From positions 64,001 to 128,000 of the IMG/VR virus record IMGVR_UViG_3300022745_000018: 64,000 nucleotides of DNA; one strand, written 5' to 3'. Shown here piece after piece: positions 51,730 to 61,461 of this stretch. Each line of letters begins with the position of its first letter. Within the stretch, counting starts at the first letter, position 1. Position numbers and translations under genes: made by a program. This stretch comes from a virus. The notes below the pieces were generated by a model that saw only the letters and a list, made by a program, of their open reading frames with translations, searched no databases and had not been told where the DNA came from.

Positions 51730-54525
51730 TTACGAATAGTTTCTATCGACAACTAAACTAACTGGTATCGTTGAATTTGTTGTCGTGAGGGCCAGGTTGC
51801 GAATATAGTAAGGTACATACCCGGCTTTAATGAAACCTACATCGATGTTCTGAGTACCAGAATATGTATATGTATACGAAGACGTTGAATTTGCATCCAC
51901 GCTCGCAAGAATTGTTGTCGTGCCACTTGATAAGATCACGACATCGCACCCAGTTGGTAAACCAGTGAACGTTACTGTGTTGGAGTCAAGCGCATAGTAA
52001 TTAGCTTGCGCGGTTGCCGTTGAAATGGTATTGACATAGAACGATGTGATCGCCGTGGTATTGGTGACGGTCGTTGTTATCTTTAGACGCAACTTCACGC
52101 CTTTTGTTGGATCTAATACACCCAAGCCGTTGAGTGCTGTACCAAGTGTCGTTGCTGTGTAGTTGGCTGTAGTCATTGTTGACCAACCAACGCCATCGTT
52201 TTTATCTACAGAGAAGTTGTAGTTATAGTTAGTTGCAGTACCACCAGCCATGACCGCTGCTGAGTTGGTGAATTGTGTATGACCGAGGGCATAGTACAGC
52301 ATTTCAAAGGTTGCAGTTTGCCCGATGGTTGGCATGTATAGACCGCCAGCTGCAGTGAACGCAGAACCATTTGTCAACGCAACTTGCGAAGCAGTCGCCG
52401 TTGTCGCCTCATTCATTAGAATCGCAATTCTACCAGTTGTGGTTGCGGTGAAATGATCAAACCAATGTGTCCCGTACACGGCAGTTTGTGCAGCGTATGT
52501 AGGTGTAGAACCACAACCGCGCGTCGTCATATTCAACATACTATTAACCGGGGCATCAGCATAATCACCCATACAATTATCCGAGAAGATAAATGTTGAT
52601 GAGTTGTCACCAGAATATAAATTCGTCCTCGTCCCTGAACAGAACAACCTTTGCATATAGATATATGAAGCAGCGGCACCAGCGCCGATGGCGCAAACAG
52701 TACCAGTCTGATTCACAGAACCCAAAGATAATTGAGACAATGGGGAAGTCCCAATATTGCGTAATTTGATCCTAGTGCAACCAGCAGCGTTGATTGATAG
52801 AATGGCGGTATAAGGATGAGCATCAGCTAAACCACCGAAAGTTAAGCCATCAAACATGCAATCTGACGTAGCTAAGGCAGTCTCCCATACTGACATTGGG
52901 TTTGTTATTGCTGTTGCTACACCGGAATCGTAATACACTGCATTAGTGAACTTTAGATTATTACATGCCGTTAATAGATATCTTCCATGACCTATCACTG
53001 GCTTCGTCCAAGTGCACGATCCCACACGAGTTAGCGTTGCGCAACCAGTCGTCGCATTGGCTCTAATGACAAATGAGAATTCTTTACACGAATTGAAGTT
53101 AAACCCCGTCATGTCGGATAAGGATGACACGTATCTACCAGCAAGTGCAAGTGTAGCTGACGTGAAGACGCAGCCATTAAAATCACCACCAGCGAAACAC
53201 AGAGACATCAGTAAACCGAATTGAGCATTAGCTGCTTCTTGTCCAACAGCAACACGATATATCTTCATTGGCTGAGCGATCTCAGATAGAGACAATTGTG
53301 TAGCCACTGCAGCAAATCTCATCTCTACTGAGTACGACTGGCTGAATGACGGATACCAATTCAATAGTACCTTGTTCATCTTAGTCACTCCACCACCGGT
53401 AGTAGTAAAGTCAAATCGCGTCGCTAATGTTGCGTTCGGTAAAACGTTAGCGGTTCTAGCAGCCGTCGTATTATTTGCCGTAATGATGTTAGGGATTCTA
53501 ACTCTTCTACCCGATGTAGGTACATAACCAACAGTGTTTGTACCGTCGGAACCAAATCTCAGAACGCCAGCGGTAGATACCCAACAGACTTTTCCACGAA
53601 CCGCATCCGTTGGTGTAGACGCAGCAGCCAAAAGAGAACCTGCACATGGGTATGCTTCAGGCACAACAGCTGAACCGCCGGAAACATATGTGCCTGGATT
53701 TGCACTGGTGACGGTGAATGATGTAGATGTCACTGCGGTGATTTCTAAATCAGCTACGTTGTACCCAGATGGTGAAGCACCAGTCACGGTGACTTCGTCT
53801 CCGACTAAGAATGTGTTGCTTGAACACTGGTATGTGATGGAACCACCGGAATATGAAGCACCAGTGATAGTGACCACATCTGAATCGACATAGACGGCTG
53901 GGTAATACTGAATACCACCGTTAGTCGGTAATTGATATGTTGTTGTTGATAGACCAGATGTCGTACCGGCTGAATACCATGCACCATAGATCTCAACTGA
54001 ACCGAGGCGGTTCACTATGAACCCAGCCGACTCATCACCATTTACTTCAATGAATCCAATTGTGGGTGCACCAGAAATAGTGAATGTGAAACCTGCCTGT
54101 GTGAATGTGCCACTTGATGGCAATGTGCCAGAAACATTGGTGACTTTAAGGAAACCTGTTGCCACACCTGTTAAAACTGGAGCAACGTTGACGGCTGAAT
54201 ATAAACCGATTGTGTTTGCAGTTGTCGTGGATAAAGTAATTGGCGCACCTGCGGTCAATGAACCAGAACCAGCAGTGAATGGGATCAACCAGACCTTCGT
54301 TGCATCGATGATAAACTTACCACCCTTTGATGCATTGATGGTAATGTTCCCCCATGTTGTTGAAGTAGTGCCGCCTAAACCATACCGGCTATCCTGATCT
54401 TGAGTGACAGTCCAACCGTTCGTATCAATAGTGTCACCGCCAGTTCTAGCAGTAGCGACACCCCAAATTGCGGCATTACCTACATCTCGTAGGGTACCGT
54501 TGCCGGCCATGGTAAAAGCAGTCAT
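51730..54525 (-). CDS. Large Thr/Gly-rich virion (fibre/spike-like) protein
   Basis: 931 aa, beta-rich, internal DUF2612-like 'VGDEVTVTGASPSGYN' module. Confidence 0.65.
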   Translation of the reverse strand: MTAFTMAGNGTLRDVGNAAIWGVATARTGGDTIDTNGWTVTQDQDSRYGLGGTTSTTWGNITINASKGGKFIIDATKVWLIPFTAGSGSLTAGAPITLSTTTANTIGLYSAVNVAPVLTGVATGFLKVTNVSGTLPSSGTFTQAGFTFTISGAPTIGFIEVNGDESAGFIVNRLGSVEIYGAWYSAGTTSGLSTTTYQLPTNGGIQYYPAVYVDSDVVTITGASYSGGSITYQCSSNTFLVGDEVTVTGASPSGYNVADLEITAVTSTSFTVTSANPGTYVSGGSAVVPEAYPCAGSLLAAASTPTDAVRGKVCWVSTAGVLRFGSDGTNTVGYVPTSGRRVRIPNIITANNTTAARTANVLPNATLATRFDFTTTGGGVTKMNKVLLNWYPSFSQSYSVEMRFAAVATQLSLSEIAQPMKIYRVAVGQEAANAQFGLLMSLCFAGGDFNGCVFTSATLALAGRYVSSLSDMTGFNFNSCKEFSFVIRANATTGCATLTRVGSCTWTKPVIGHGRYLLTACNNLKFTNAVYYDSGVATAITNPMSVWETALATSDCMFDGLTFGGLADAHPYTAILSINAAGCTRIKLRNIGTSPLSQLSLGSVNQTGTVCAIGAGAAASYIYMQRLFCSGTRTNLYSGDNSSTFIFSDNCMGDYADAPVNSMLNMTTRGCGSTPTYAAQTAVYGTHWFDHFTATTTGRIAILMNEATTATASQVALTNGSAFTAAGGLYMPTIGQTATFEMLYYALGHTQFTNSAAVMAGGTATNYNYNFSVDKNDGVGWSTMTTANYTATTLGTALNGLGVLDPTKGVKLRLKITTTVTNTTAITSFYVNTISTATAQANYYALDSNTVTFTGLPTGCDVVILSSGTTTILASVDANSTSSYTYTYSGTQNIDVGFIKAGYVPYYIRNLALTTTNSTIPVSLVVDRNYS

Positions 54526-54529
54526 CTAA

Positions 54530-54757
54530 TTAACCTAAAAGAATCGCGAAATTTTGATCTATGAGTTTAGCATCAATAAGTATAGCAGATTGGTCGATCA
54601 AAGACAGTTCCTTTAAGAACTCTTCGATGTATGAGAACTGACTCGTCTGAATCCAATTATTGACATTCGTCTCGTTCATATCAGTGATGCTTGATGTGAT
54701 ATACGACCAATCCAATTGAATCCAACCGTCTGGAAAAACTAACAGAATGTCACTCAT
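54530..54757 (-). CDS. Hypothetical protein
   Basis: 75-aa coupled ORF. Confidence 0.55.
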   Translation of the reverse strand: MSDILLVFPDGWIQLDWSYITSSITDMNETNVNNWIQTSQFSYIEEFLKELSLIDQSAILIDAKLIDQNFAILLG

Positions 54758-54951
54758 TTCTCAACCCTCGCATAAATGCCATACGAACGCAGCTCAGTGA
54801 GCAGCAGTGAATCTGGATTTTCCAGAGATAGAGAAAGTTCTACACCCTTTGCAGTCGACTTGTACTTTATTGATGTTACCCCAGGAAGCACCTTACCTTT
54901 CCAGTAAAAATACTTCCCAACTATTGCATAATTATTACTTACAATGTTCAT
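54754..54951 (-). CDS. Hypothetical protein
   Basis: GGAGG RBS, ATTAAAT upstream. Confidence 0.6.
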   Translation of the reverse strand: MNIVSNNYAIVGKYFYWKGKVLPGVTSIKYKSTAKGVELSLSLENPDSLLLTELRSYGIYARVEK

Positions 54952-54991
54952 TCAACCTCCCTGTTGATTACAATTGAATTTAATCAAGGGA

Positions 54992-55726
54992 TTATGAATA
55001 TGTGTACGACGATCTATCGGTCCAACGGCATAAGAAGTCAGATGAGCCGTTCGCCCATGTTTCTGTTACATCACCTTCGGCATTTATCAGGATTTTGCGA
55101 ATTCTCCATGAAGGGGAACCCTCGGCTGTTCCGGGAGCAGCTTCTCCTTTATAAAGCAGTTCGTCGCTCACAGTATCAATTCTCTTTGAATATAACATTT
55201 CTTCCTCTGATGTAGATGATCCTGGTGTTTGGTAGATGAACTTTCGTTTAGATGACGACCAGACCAAAGTCTGACCGTCCATTGGATTACCTACAACATC
55301 ATCCATTCGTGTGATCTGGACTTCACCAGAACCTACACCGGATATCATGGTGGGTATCGACTTCACGTCTCGTTCAATCATCTGAAGTTGACGGCGAAGA
55401 ACCTCAAGTTCATCCTTCAGTTTCTTTACACTATCGTTGGCGATAGCATCGGTTTCATTGGCTGTCTTTTCAAGTTTTTCCTGAACATCCGCGACAGCTT
55501 CTTCAAGTTGAGATTCTAGAGTTTTTACTAATTCGACAACAGTTTCTTTACCAATTGGTTTAGAAGCTTCTTTTACTTTCTTGGCTTCTTTTACTGTATC
55601 AAATAACTCAGATAGTAAAGGACCTACACTTTCTTTCTTCCGCTCTAATTCCGCTGCTTCTTTTGCAGCTTTTTCTTCATTTGCTTTTTTGATTAAAGCA
55701 GCGAAATCTTTTAACTTTTCTGTCAT
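54992..55726 (-). CDS. Coiled-coil late protein with a C-terminal 'YKGEAAPG...WRIRKI' module
   Basis: N-terminal heptads, SGVGSGEV...MDDV linker, C-terminal structural module. Confidence 0.6.
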   Translation of the reverse strand: MTEKLKDFAALIKKANEEKAAKEAAELERKKESVGPLLSELFDTVKEAKKVKEASKPIGKETVVELVKTLESQLEEAVADVQEKLEKTANETDAIANDSVKKLKDELEVLRRQLQMIERDVKSIPTMISGVGSGEVQITRMDDVVGNPMDGQTLVWSSSKRKFIYQTPGSSTSEEEMLYSKRIDTVSDELLYKGEAAPGTAEGSPSWRIRKILINAEGDVTETWANGSSDFLCRWTDRSSYTYS

Positions 55727-55728
55727 AG

Positions 55729-56343
55729 TTATTCGTTAAGGATAAAGGTTGTTGAATCTAACGGTTCAGCAATTCCCTTATTCATTTTTCTGTATTCTAT
55801 CAAAGACTTCATTCTTGATTTAGTTTCTTCTGCCGAAAACCAAATCTCTACACCTTTACTAATATCAGCAAGCTCTTCGTCTGTTAGAAAACCAGAATAA
55901 GTCTTTCTTTCGATGTTTCTCCAGATTTCATGAAAACTATTGGCATTCTTCTTTACATTAGTCACATGACTAACCGGTGGACTGTAATGAGCAGAATGAC
56001 ACATTATCGCTGCAGAGTCAGTAATAGTCACTTTGTCTGAATTCAACATTATCAATGTACCAGCTGACATACATTCGCCTTCGATGATAGAATGAATTTT
56101 GGCTTTAGACCTATTCATTGCCTCAATGATACCCAAAGCAGCATATACATTGCCACCTTCTGTATTGATGTAGAAAATGACCTCATCATTTTCTGTGGCG
56201 GTGTTCAATAGATGCTTCAGCTGTCTGTAATGGCTGGCTCCGACGATCGGTTCGTCCAGAAAGACATGATACTGCTTATTGACGTTTTCATGGATTTCGA
56301 TGTACCCATCAGTGGATTCTTCGTCTTCGTACTCTTCTGCCAT
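55729..56343 (-). CDS. ClpP-like protease
   Basis: FYINTEGG, CMSAGTLI (Ser), IMCHS (His), EIWFSAEE. Confidence 0.85.
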   Translation of the reverse strand: MAEEYEDEESTDGYIEIHENVNKQYHVFLDEPIVGASHYRQLKHLLNTATENDEVIFYINTEGGNVYAALGIIEAMNRSKAKIHSIIEGECMSAGTLIMLNSDKVTITDSAAIMCHSAHYSPPVSHVTNVKKNANSFHEIWRNIERKTYSGFLTDEELADISKGVEIWFSAEETKSRMKSLIEYRKMNKGIAEPLDSTTFILNE

Positions 56344-56482
56344 CGTTCAACTCCTAGTCCATGAATTTAATCACATCCAGCATCATCAAATCATGAAAAT
56401 ATTTGTAACTAAGTGTAACAAACTATCATCAAAATCATCCAAAGCCATATCCAGATTCACTTTCGATGCTCGCTAAAAAAAT

Positions 56483-56511
56483 TTTACATTTCTTGAAGCA
56501 CTCGTTATAAT
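56483..56511 (+). promoter_or_regulatory. Sigma70-type promoter TTTACA-17nt-TATAAT firing into a non-coding region
   Basis: Near-consensus with A-tract UP element. Confidence 0.75.
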
Positions 56512-56875
56512 ATTCATATAGAAGCCCTAAAAGTGATCTATTTTCGCTGCGCTCAAAGAGATCGTGTTCTAAATCTATGAGACTTGAATGATATCTAGAA
56601 CTGTACTAGATGTCGTAATAGACCTATAACTAATGAAATTGCATGCGTAGCATGCAAATGTGCGTAGCACATTCATAGATCTCATCTGTAATTATGAATA
56701 TCTTAAAGAATATCTAGACGCGTACATGCATGCGCGTAGAGAATCAACGATCCAGTGTTTCCAGACACTCCAGAAGATCATACCAATGGTATCCAACAGA
56801 CAAGTACTATTGAAGTGAATCCAGATGCATCCAGATGTTACTACAGTCCATATCATCTGATAGTATGGATGTAGA
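56512..56875. other. Non-coding region with GCGTAGC mini-hairpins and TCCAG(A) repeats (candidate replication origin)
   Basis: TTGCATGCGTAGCATGCAA (56639-56657), AATGTGCGTAGCACATT (56657-56673), five TCCAG copies in 56750-56836. Confidence 0.4.
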
Positions 56876-56887
56876 TTAAATTTATTC

Positions 56888-57364
56888 ATGAAATCCGTCA
56901 AACGAAAGTCCAGATACAAACAAGGTGTCTATAATCCAAAGTACCCAGAAAAGTATCAAGGTACAGTACCAATCATCTACAGATCATCCTGGGAGAAACG
57001 GTTCATGGTTTACTTAGACTTAGAACCATCAGTCATTCTATGGGCATCTGAGTCATTAGTAGTTCCATACATCAGTCCAGTAGATAACAGACCACATCGT
57101 TATTTCGTTGACTTTTTGGCTCAAATGAAAAGAAAAGATGGTTCAGTGAAAAATTATGCAATTGAATTGAAACCTAAAAAAGAAATGATGGAACCAAAGC
57201 AACCAAAAAAGATTCCCAGAGATGCAAAGAAGATTGAACGTTTGATCACAGAAGCAAATACCTATTCAGTCAATAAAGCAAAATGGGAAGCTGCTGACGA
57301 ATATTGCAGAAAAAGAAACGTGACTTTCATTGTCCTAAATGAAGAAGATATTGGAATAGTATGA
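56888..57364 (+). CDS. 4: Head completion nuclease gp4 (TnsA-like)
   Basis: YKQG.Y.PKYPEKY.G, IYRSSWE..FM, WASE...PY.SP.D...HRYFVDF, IELKP, VNKAKWEAA. Confidence 0.92.
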   Translation: MKSVKRKSRYKQGVYNPKYPEKYQGTVPIIYRSSWEKRFMVYLDLEPSVILWASESLVVPYISPVDNRPHRYFVDFLAQMKRKDGSVKNYAIELKPKKEMMEPKQPKKIPRDAKKIERLITEANTYSVNKAKWEAADEYCRKRNVTFIVLNEEDIGIV

Positions 57365-57984
57365 ATCAGCAAAACAGAAACCAGTCGATCTTTGAACAGA
57401 TTAAGCAGAATCCAGATTTTCATCAGAAGAATGCCATCAATTGGTTTAAGAAGATCATCAAAGAATTGGGTGATTACGATAAAGCAGCTTTACTTAGGAC
57501 TACGAAAGACATTCAGACATCCAGACTTTTTCCTGGTGCAATGAACTTTTATGTATATGATCCAAAGACAAAAGAGAAATTGCCCTATTATGACAAATTC
57601 CCGTTGGTTCTGATAATTGGGATTACTGATAAGGGATTCTCTGGTATCAATTTCCATTACTTACCAATACCAATCAGAATCAAATTGTATGAAAAGATTG
57701 ATGCTCTGTCGAAGATGAAGAAGTATTCTCAGCAAAGGATTCTTCAATTGACTTGGGAAACCTTATTGAATGCGTCGAGATTCCCTGAGGTTAGACCGGC
57801 AATCAAACAGTACTTGTTTGGTCACATCAGATCACGAATCATCAAAGTTCCGTTAGAAGACTGGAAGACAGCTCTGATGTTGCCTAACGAGGACTTCGCT
57901 AAAGTATCCACCGCTACAGTTCATCGCATCTCTGCTGCATCATTGTCAAGAAGACCATCGAGACGTGCTAAAGGTAGACTGTGA
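57361..57984 (+). CDS. 2: DNA end protector gp2
   Basis: PG.M.FYVYDPKTKEKLPYYDKFPLV, GINFHYLP, RPAIKQYL..H.RS. Confidence 0.92.
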   Translation: MNQQNRNQSIFEQIKQNPDFHQKNAINWFKKIIKELGDYDKAALLRTTKDIQTSRLFPGAMNFYVYDPKTKEKLPYYDKFPLVLIIGITDKGFSGINFHYLPIPIRIKLYEKIDALSKMKKYSQQRILQLTWETLLNASRFPEVRPAIKQYLFGHIRSRIIKVPLEDWKTALMLPNEDFAKVSTATVHRISAASLSRRPSRRAKGRL

Positions 57985-57992
57985 ACTAAAAT

Positions 57993-58021
57993 TTTACATT
58001 TGAATTTGTGGTAGTTATAAT
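57993..58021 (+). promoter_or_regulatory. Sigma70-type promoter for 55-47-46
   Basis: AAAATTTTACA-17nt-TATAAT. Confidence 0.75.
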
Positions 58022-58047
58022 TGAATTATTTGTGAAACTCTTTATCA

Positions 58048-58674
58048 ATGTCGTACGTAAAAAACAAAGATCTATATGAAGCTTATGTTGCATTCAAACG
58101 CGACATTAAAGAAGCTGAATCAAACGGCGAACCTCTACCACCAATTCCAAGATTCATTGCTGAATCGTTCACGAAGATTGCGACCAAGCTATCGCATAGT
58201 TACAATTTCGTGAACTATCCATATAGGGATGAGATGATTGCTGAGGCGGTCTTGAAGTGCGTCAAGAAGGCATACAAGTTTGATCCAGATGCTTCACAGA
58301 ATCCATTTGCGTACTATATGCAGACATGCTGGAACGAATTTCTTGTAGTGATCAAGCGAGAGCAAAAAGAGACATCAATCAAAGCAAAGATGCTCCGCAA
58401 TACGGATATGTCAGTCTATGCAGAGCATGCTCAACATGATGATGAGGGTGGTAATGCATTCGTCGAGTTCCTGAAGGAAAACGATGTCTATGTCGATTAC
58501 ATTGAACAATCGAAGCAGAATAGAGCTGAAAAGAATTCCACTGGTCAACTCCATCCGTCTTTGCGCCATCGTAACCTAACTCCTTATAAAAAGAAGGAAG
58601 CTGTTGTTACTGAAGTAGTTCCTCCGGTTATTGACGATGATGACATTGTTGATCTATGGGGGAGTGATGAATGA
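58048..58674 (+). CDS. 55: Late sigma factor gp55
   Basis: YVKNKDL, IA..LS...NF.NY.YRDEMI.EA, FDP....NPFAY..Q.CW..F...IK.E. Confidence 0.93.
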   Translation: MSYVKNKDLYEAYVAFKRDIKEAESNGEPLPPIPRFIAESFTKIATKLSHSYNFVNYPYRDEMIAEAVLKCVKKAYKFDPDASQNPFAYYMQTCWNEFLVVIKREQKETSIKAKMLRNTDMSVYAEHAQHDDEGGNAFVEFLKENDVYVDYIEQSKQNRAEKNSTGQLHPSLRHRNLTPYKKKEAVVTEVVPPVIDDDDIVDLWGSDE

Positions 58675-59729
58675 CGAAAGCTATCGTTCTGGGTGACACT
58701 CATTGGGGTGCGAACAACGATTCAACTGTGATGCACTCCCATTTTGAGAAGTTCTACAAAGAACTTTTTGAATATGTTGATCTCCACAAAATCAAACACG
58801 TCATTCAAACCGGTGATCTGTTTGACAAACGCAAAGCAGTCAATTTCTTGACATTGCAGAGATCGAACGAACAGTTCTTTAAACCCTTGCAAGATAGGGG
58901 CATGTCACTTTATGTGATTGCTGGTAATCACGATTGTACATATAAGAATACCAATTCAATCAATTCGGTGAATCTGCTGGTCAACAAACCTCAGATGTAC
59001 GCTGTTACTCAATATCCAGCGACGCTTATGGTTGGAGATCAAATGGTTGATTTCTTTCCATGGGTGAATGAATCGAACATCAAAGAAACGCTTGAGAAGG
59101 CATCGTCGCCATCATCGAAGATTGCTGTTGGACATTTCGAATTCTCATCGTTCCCAATGTATCCCGGTATCATGGCCGATGCTGGTATGAACCACAAACT
59201 GTTTGAGAAATACACTTCGGTTTATTCTGGTCATTATCATACAATTTCCACTAAGGACAACATTGTCTACACCGGGATTCCGTATGAATTGACTTGGGGT
59301 GATTACGACGATCCTAAGGGCTTCTGGGTGGTTGACTTGGCGAAGCCCAAGAACAAACCGAAATTCATTGAGAATAAGAATACTCTGTTCGTCAAAATTC
59401 AGTATGACGATTCTATTGAGAACGGAGTACCAGATGTCGATGTTGAGAACAAATATGTAAAAGTCTATGTCGTCTCAAAGAACGACCAATATCAGTTCGA
59501 TAGTTACATCGCGAACCTTTCAGCAAAGAAGCCCTATAACATCCAAGTTATAGATGTTGATGTAGCCAATGCAGTTCAAGATGCTCTTGCTGCAAAGGCT
59601 GAATTCAAATCAACGATTGACATGATAAACCATGTTGTGGATCAGATGGATATGAATGTGGACAAACAGAAATTGAAAACGATGATCACAGAAGTGTATA
59701 GTGAAGCCATGGAGATGGTGTCTCTATGA
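58671..59729 (+). CDS. 47: Recombination endonuclease gp47 (Mre11/SbcD-like)
   Basis: GDTHWG, GDLFD.RK, GNHD, GHFE, SGHYH, PYELTW.DY.DPKGF. Confidence 0.95.
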   Translation: MTKAIVLGDTHWGANNDSTVMHSHFEKFYKELFEYVDLHKIKHVIQTGDLFDKRKAVNFLTLQRSNEQFFKPLQDRGMSLYVIAGNHDCTYKNTNSINSVNLLVNKPQMYAVTQYPATLMVGDQMVDFFPWVNESNIKETLEKASSPSSKIAVGHFEFSSFPMYPGIMADAGMNHKLFEKYTSVYSGHYHTISTKDNIVYTGIPYELTWGDYDDPKGFWVVDLAKPKNKPKFIENKNTLFVKIQYDDSIENGVPDVDVENKYVKVYVVSKNDQYQFDSYIANLSAKKPYNIQVIDVDVANAVQDALAAKAEFKSTIDMINHVVDQMDMNVDKQKLKTMITEVYSEAMEMVSL

Positions 59730-61450
59730 TCTTAAAGAAAGTGCGTGGCAAGAACTTTTTCAACATCGGCAATGCCTTTCTTGAATTTGATATCGCAAAA
59801 CATCATACAGCGGTCGTTGGTGGCAAGAACGGATCTGGTAAAAGTTCTTTGGTGAACATGATCACGTTTGCTCTATTCAATCAGACAATCAAGAATGTTA
59901 CGAAACCACAAATCGTTAATTCAGTAAATGGTAAGAACTGTTTAGTTGAGATTGAATTCAGTGCCAATGGTAAAGAATATTTAGTTCGCCGTGGGGTGAA
60001 GCCAAACGTCTTTGAGATCATTGAAGATGGTGTTGCACTGAATCAATCTGCTGCTACTGATTTTCAAGAGATGTTGGAGAAGACGATCCTGAAGACAAAC
60101 TTCAAGACATTCTCTCAGACTTCCGTTCTATCAGTTGAGAATTACAAACCGTTCATGTCAATGCGAGCTTATGAGCGTCGCCAATTTGTTGAAGATATTC
60201 TGGACATCCGCGTCTTCACATTCATGAATCAGATTGTGAAACAAAGATTGACGAAGTCTAAAGAAGAACTGAAAATCTTGGACATCAAGCTAACCTCTTC
60301 AAAAGAAAAGGCAATGCTGCAGAAGAAACATTTAGACCGTTTGCAGAACTTGGTAGATGAATCAACTGCAGAACAGAGTTCCAAGTTGCAAGAACTAACT
60401 ACTCAACGAGATTCAAAAGCAGCATTAGTCCTTAGTATGTCCAGTGAAGTTGACGTGTCAGCCAAGGAACTTAGCAGCCTTTCGTCGCGGGCATCTGAAA
60501 TCAACAATACTCAGACGAAGATCAATAAGATTGTTGGTGCAATTGAGAAAATTTCTAGCGACATTGAATCTCTTCACGAAACGGGCAACTGTCCTACATG
60601 CAAACAGGACATTTCCGATGCCCCAATCTTCGAAGAAATGGAGAACAATCGTAGTCGTCTGAAGCGGATGATGTCTGATCTATCTGAAACGATCAAGGAT
60701 GGCGACGACGTGTTTGCTAGAGTGAAGACTCTATCAGAAGTCATCTCATCTACCGAATCTAAAATCTTCTTAAACCAAGAGGCCGTCATTTCATTAGACG
60801 AAGAGATTCAGAAACTATTGGATACCGATTCATCCAAGATCAATTCAAAAATCAACGAAATTGCTGAACTGAAATCGGATCTGAGAATCGTTGCTAAAGA
60901 AGTGTTAGATCTTAGAGCAAGACAGTCCGAAATCAAGACGGACTTTGATTATTTGGACACGATGATTGAACTGTTTAAGGACACTGGCGTGAAATCCAAA
61001 ATCGTTTCACAGTACATCCCTATCATCAATCAGACTATCAACGAATACTTGGACAAATTAGACTTCTTCGTCTCGTTTGAACTCGATGAGAATTTTTCTG
61101 AGGTCATTAAGTCGCGCCATCGTGATAACTTCTCATATGATAGCTTTTCAGCTGGTGAGAAACAGCGCATCGATTTGGCCCTGATGTTTACATTTAGGAA
61201 ACTTGCGGCCATCCGCAATTCCATTCAATGCAACATGCTGTTTTTAGACGAACTGATGGATGCATCGATGGATGCCGCTGGAATCGAATCTATGCTAAAG
61301 ATATTTGATGCCCCAGAACTCCGGCAGTCAAACATTATAGTTATATCACATAGGAATCGCGATGTGCTAGAGGATGCATTCGAGGGCTCCTACGAGGTAT
61401 ATCGTGAGCAAGGCTTCTCGCAGATTCGAGATGTCAACGAATCTAAGTGA
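59726..61450 (+). CDS. 46: Recombination ATPase gp46 (Rad50/SbcC-like)
   Basis: GKNGSGKS, CPTC.Q zinc hook, FSAGEKQRIDLA, LDE, ISH. Confidence 0.95.
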   Translation: MILKKVRGKNFFNIGNAFLEFDIAKHHTAVVGGKNGSGKSSLVNMITFALFNQTIKNVTKPQIVNSVNGKNCLVEIEFSANGKEYLVRRGVKPNVFEIIEDGVALNQSAATDFQEMLEKTILKTNFKTFSQTSVLSVENYKPFMSMRAYERRQFVEDILDIRVFTFMNQIVKQRLTKSKEELKILDIKLTSSKEKAMLQKKHLDRLQNLVDESTAEQSSKLQELTTQRDSKAALVLSMSSEVDVSAKELSSLSSRASEINNTQTKINKIVGAIEKISSDIESLHETGNCPTCKQDISDAPIFEEMENNRSRLKRMMSDLSETIKDGDDVFARVKTLSEVISSTESKIFLNQEAVISLDEEIQKLLDTDSSKINSKINEIAELKSDLRIVAKEVLDLRARQSEIKTDFDYLDTMIELFKDTGVKSKIVSQYIPIINQTINEYLDKLDFFVSFELDENFSEVIKSRHRDNFSYDSFSAGEKQRIDLALMFTFRKLAAIRNSIQCNMLFLDELMDASMDAAGIESMLKIFDAPELRQSNIIVISHRNRDVLEDAFEGSYEVYREQGFSQIRDVNESK

Positions 61451-61461
61451 TCGATTACGGT

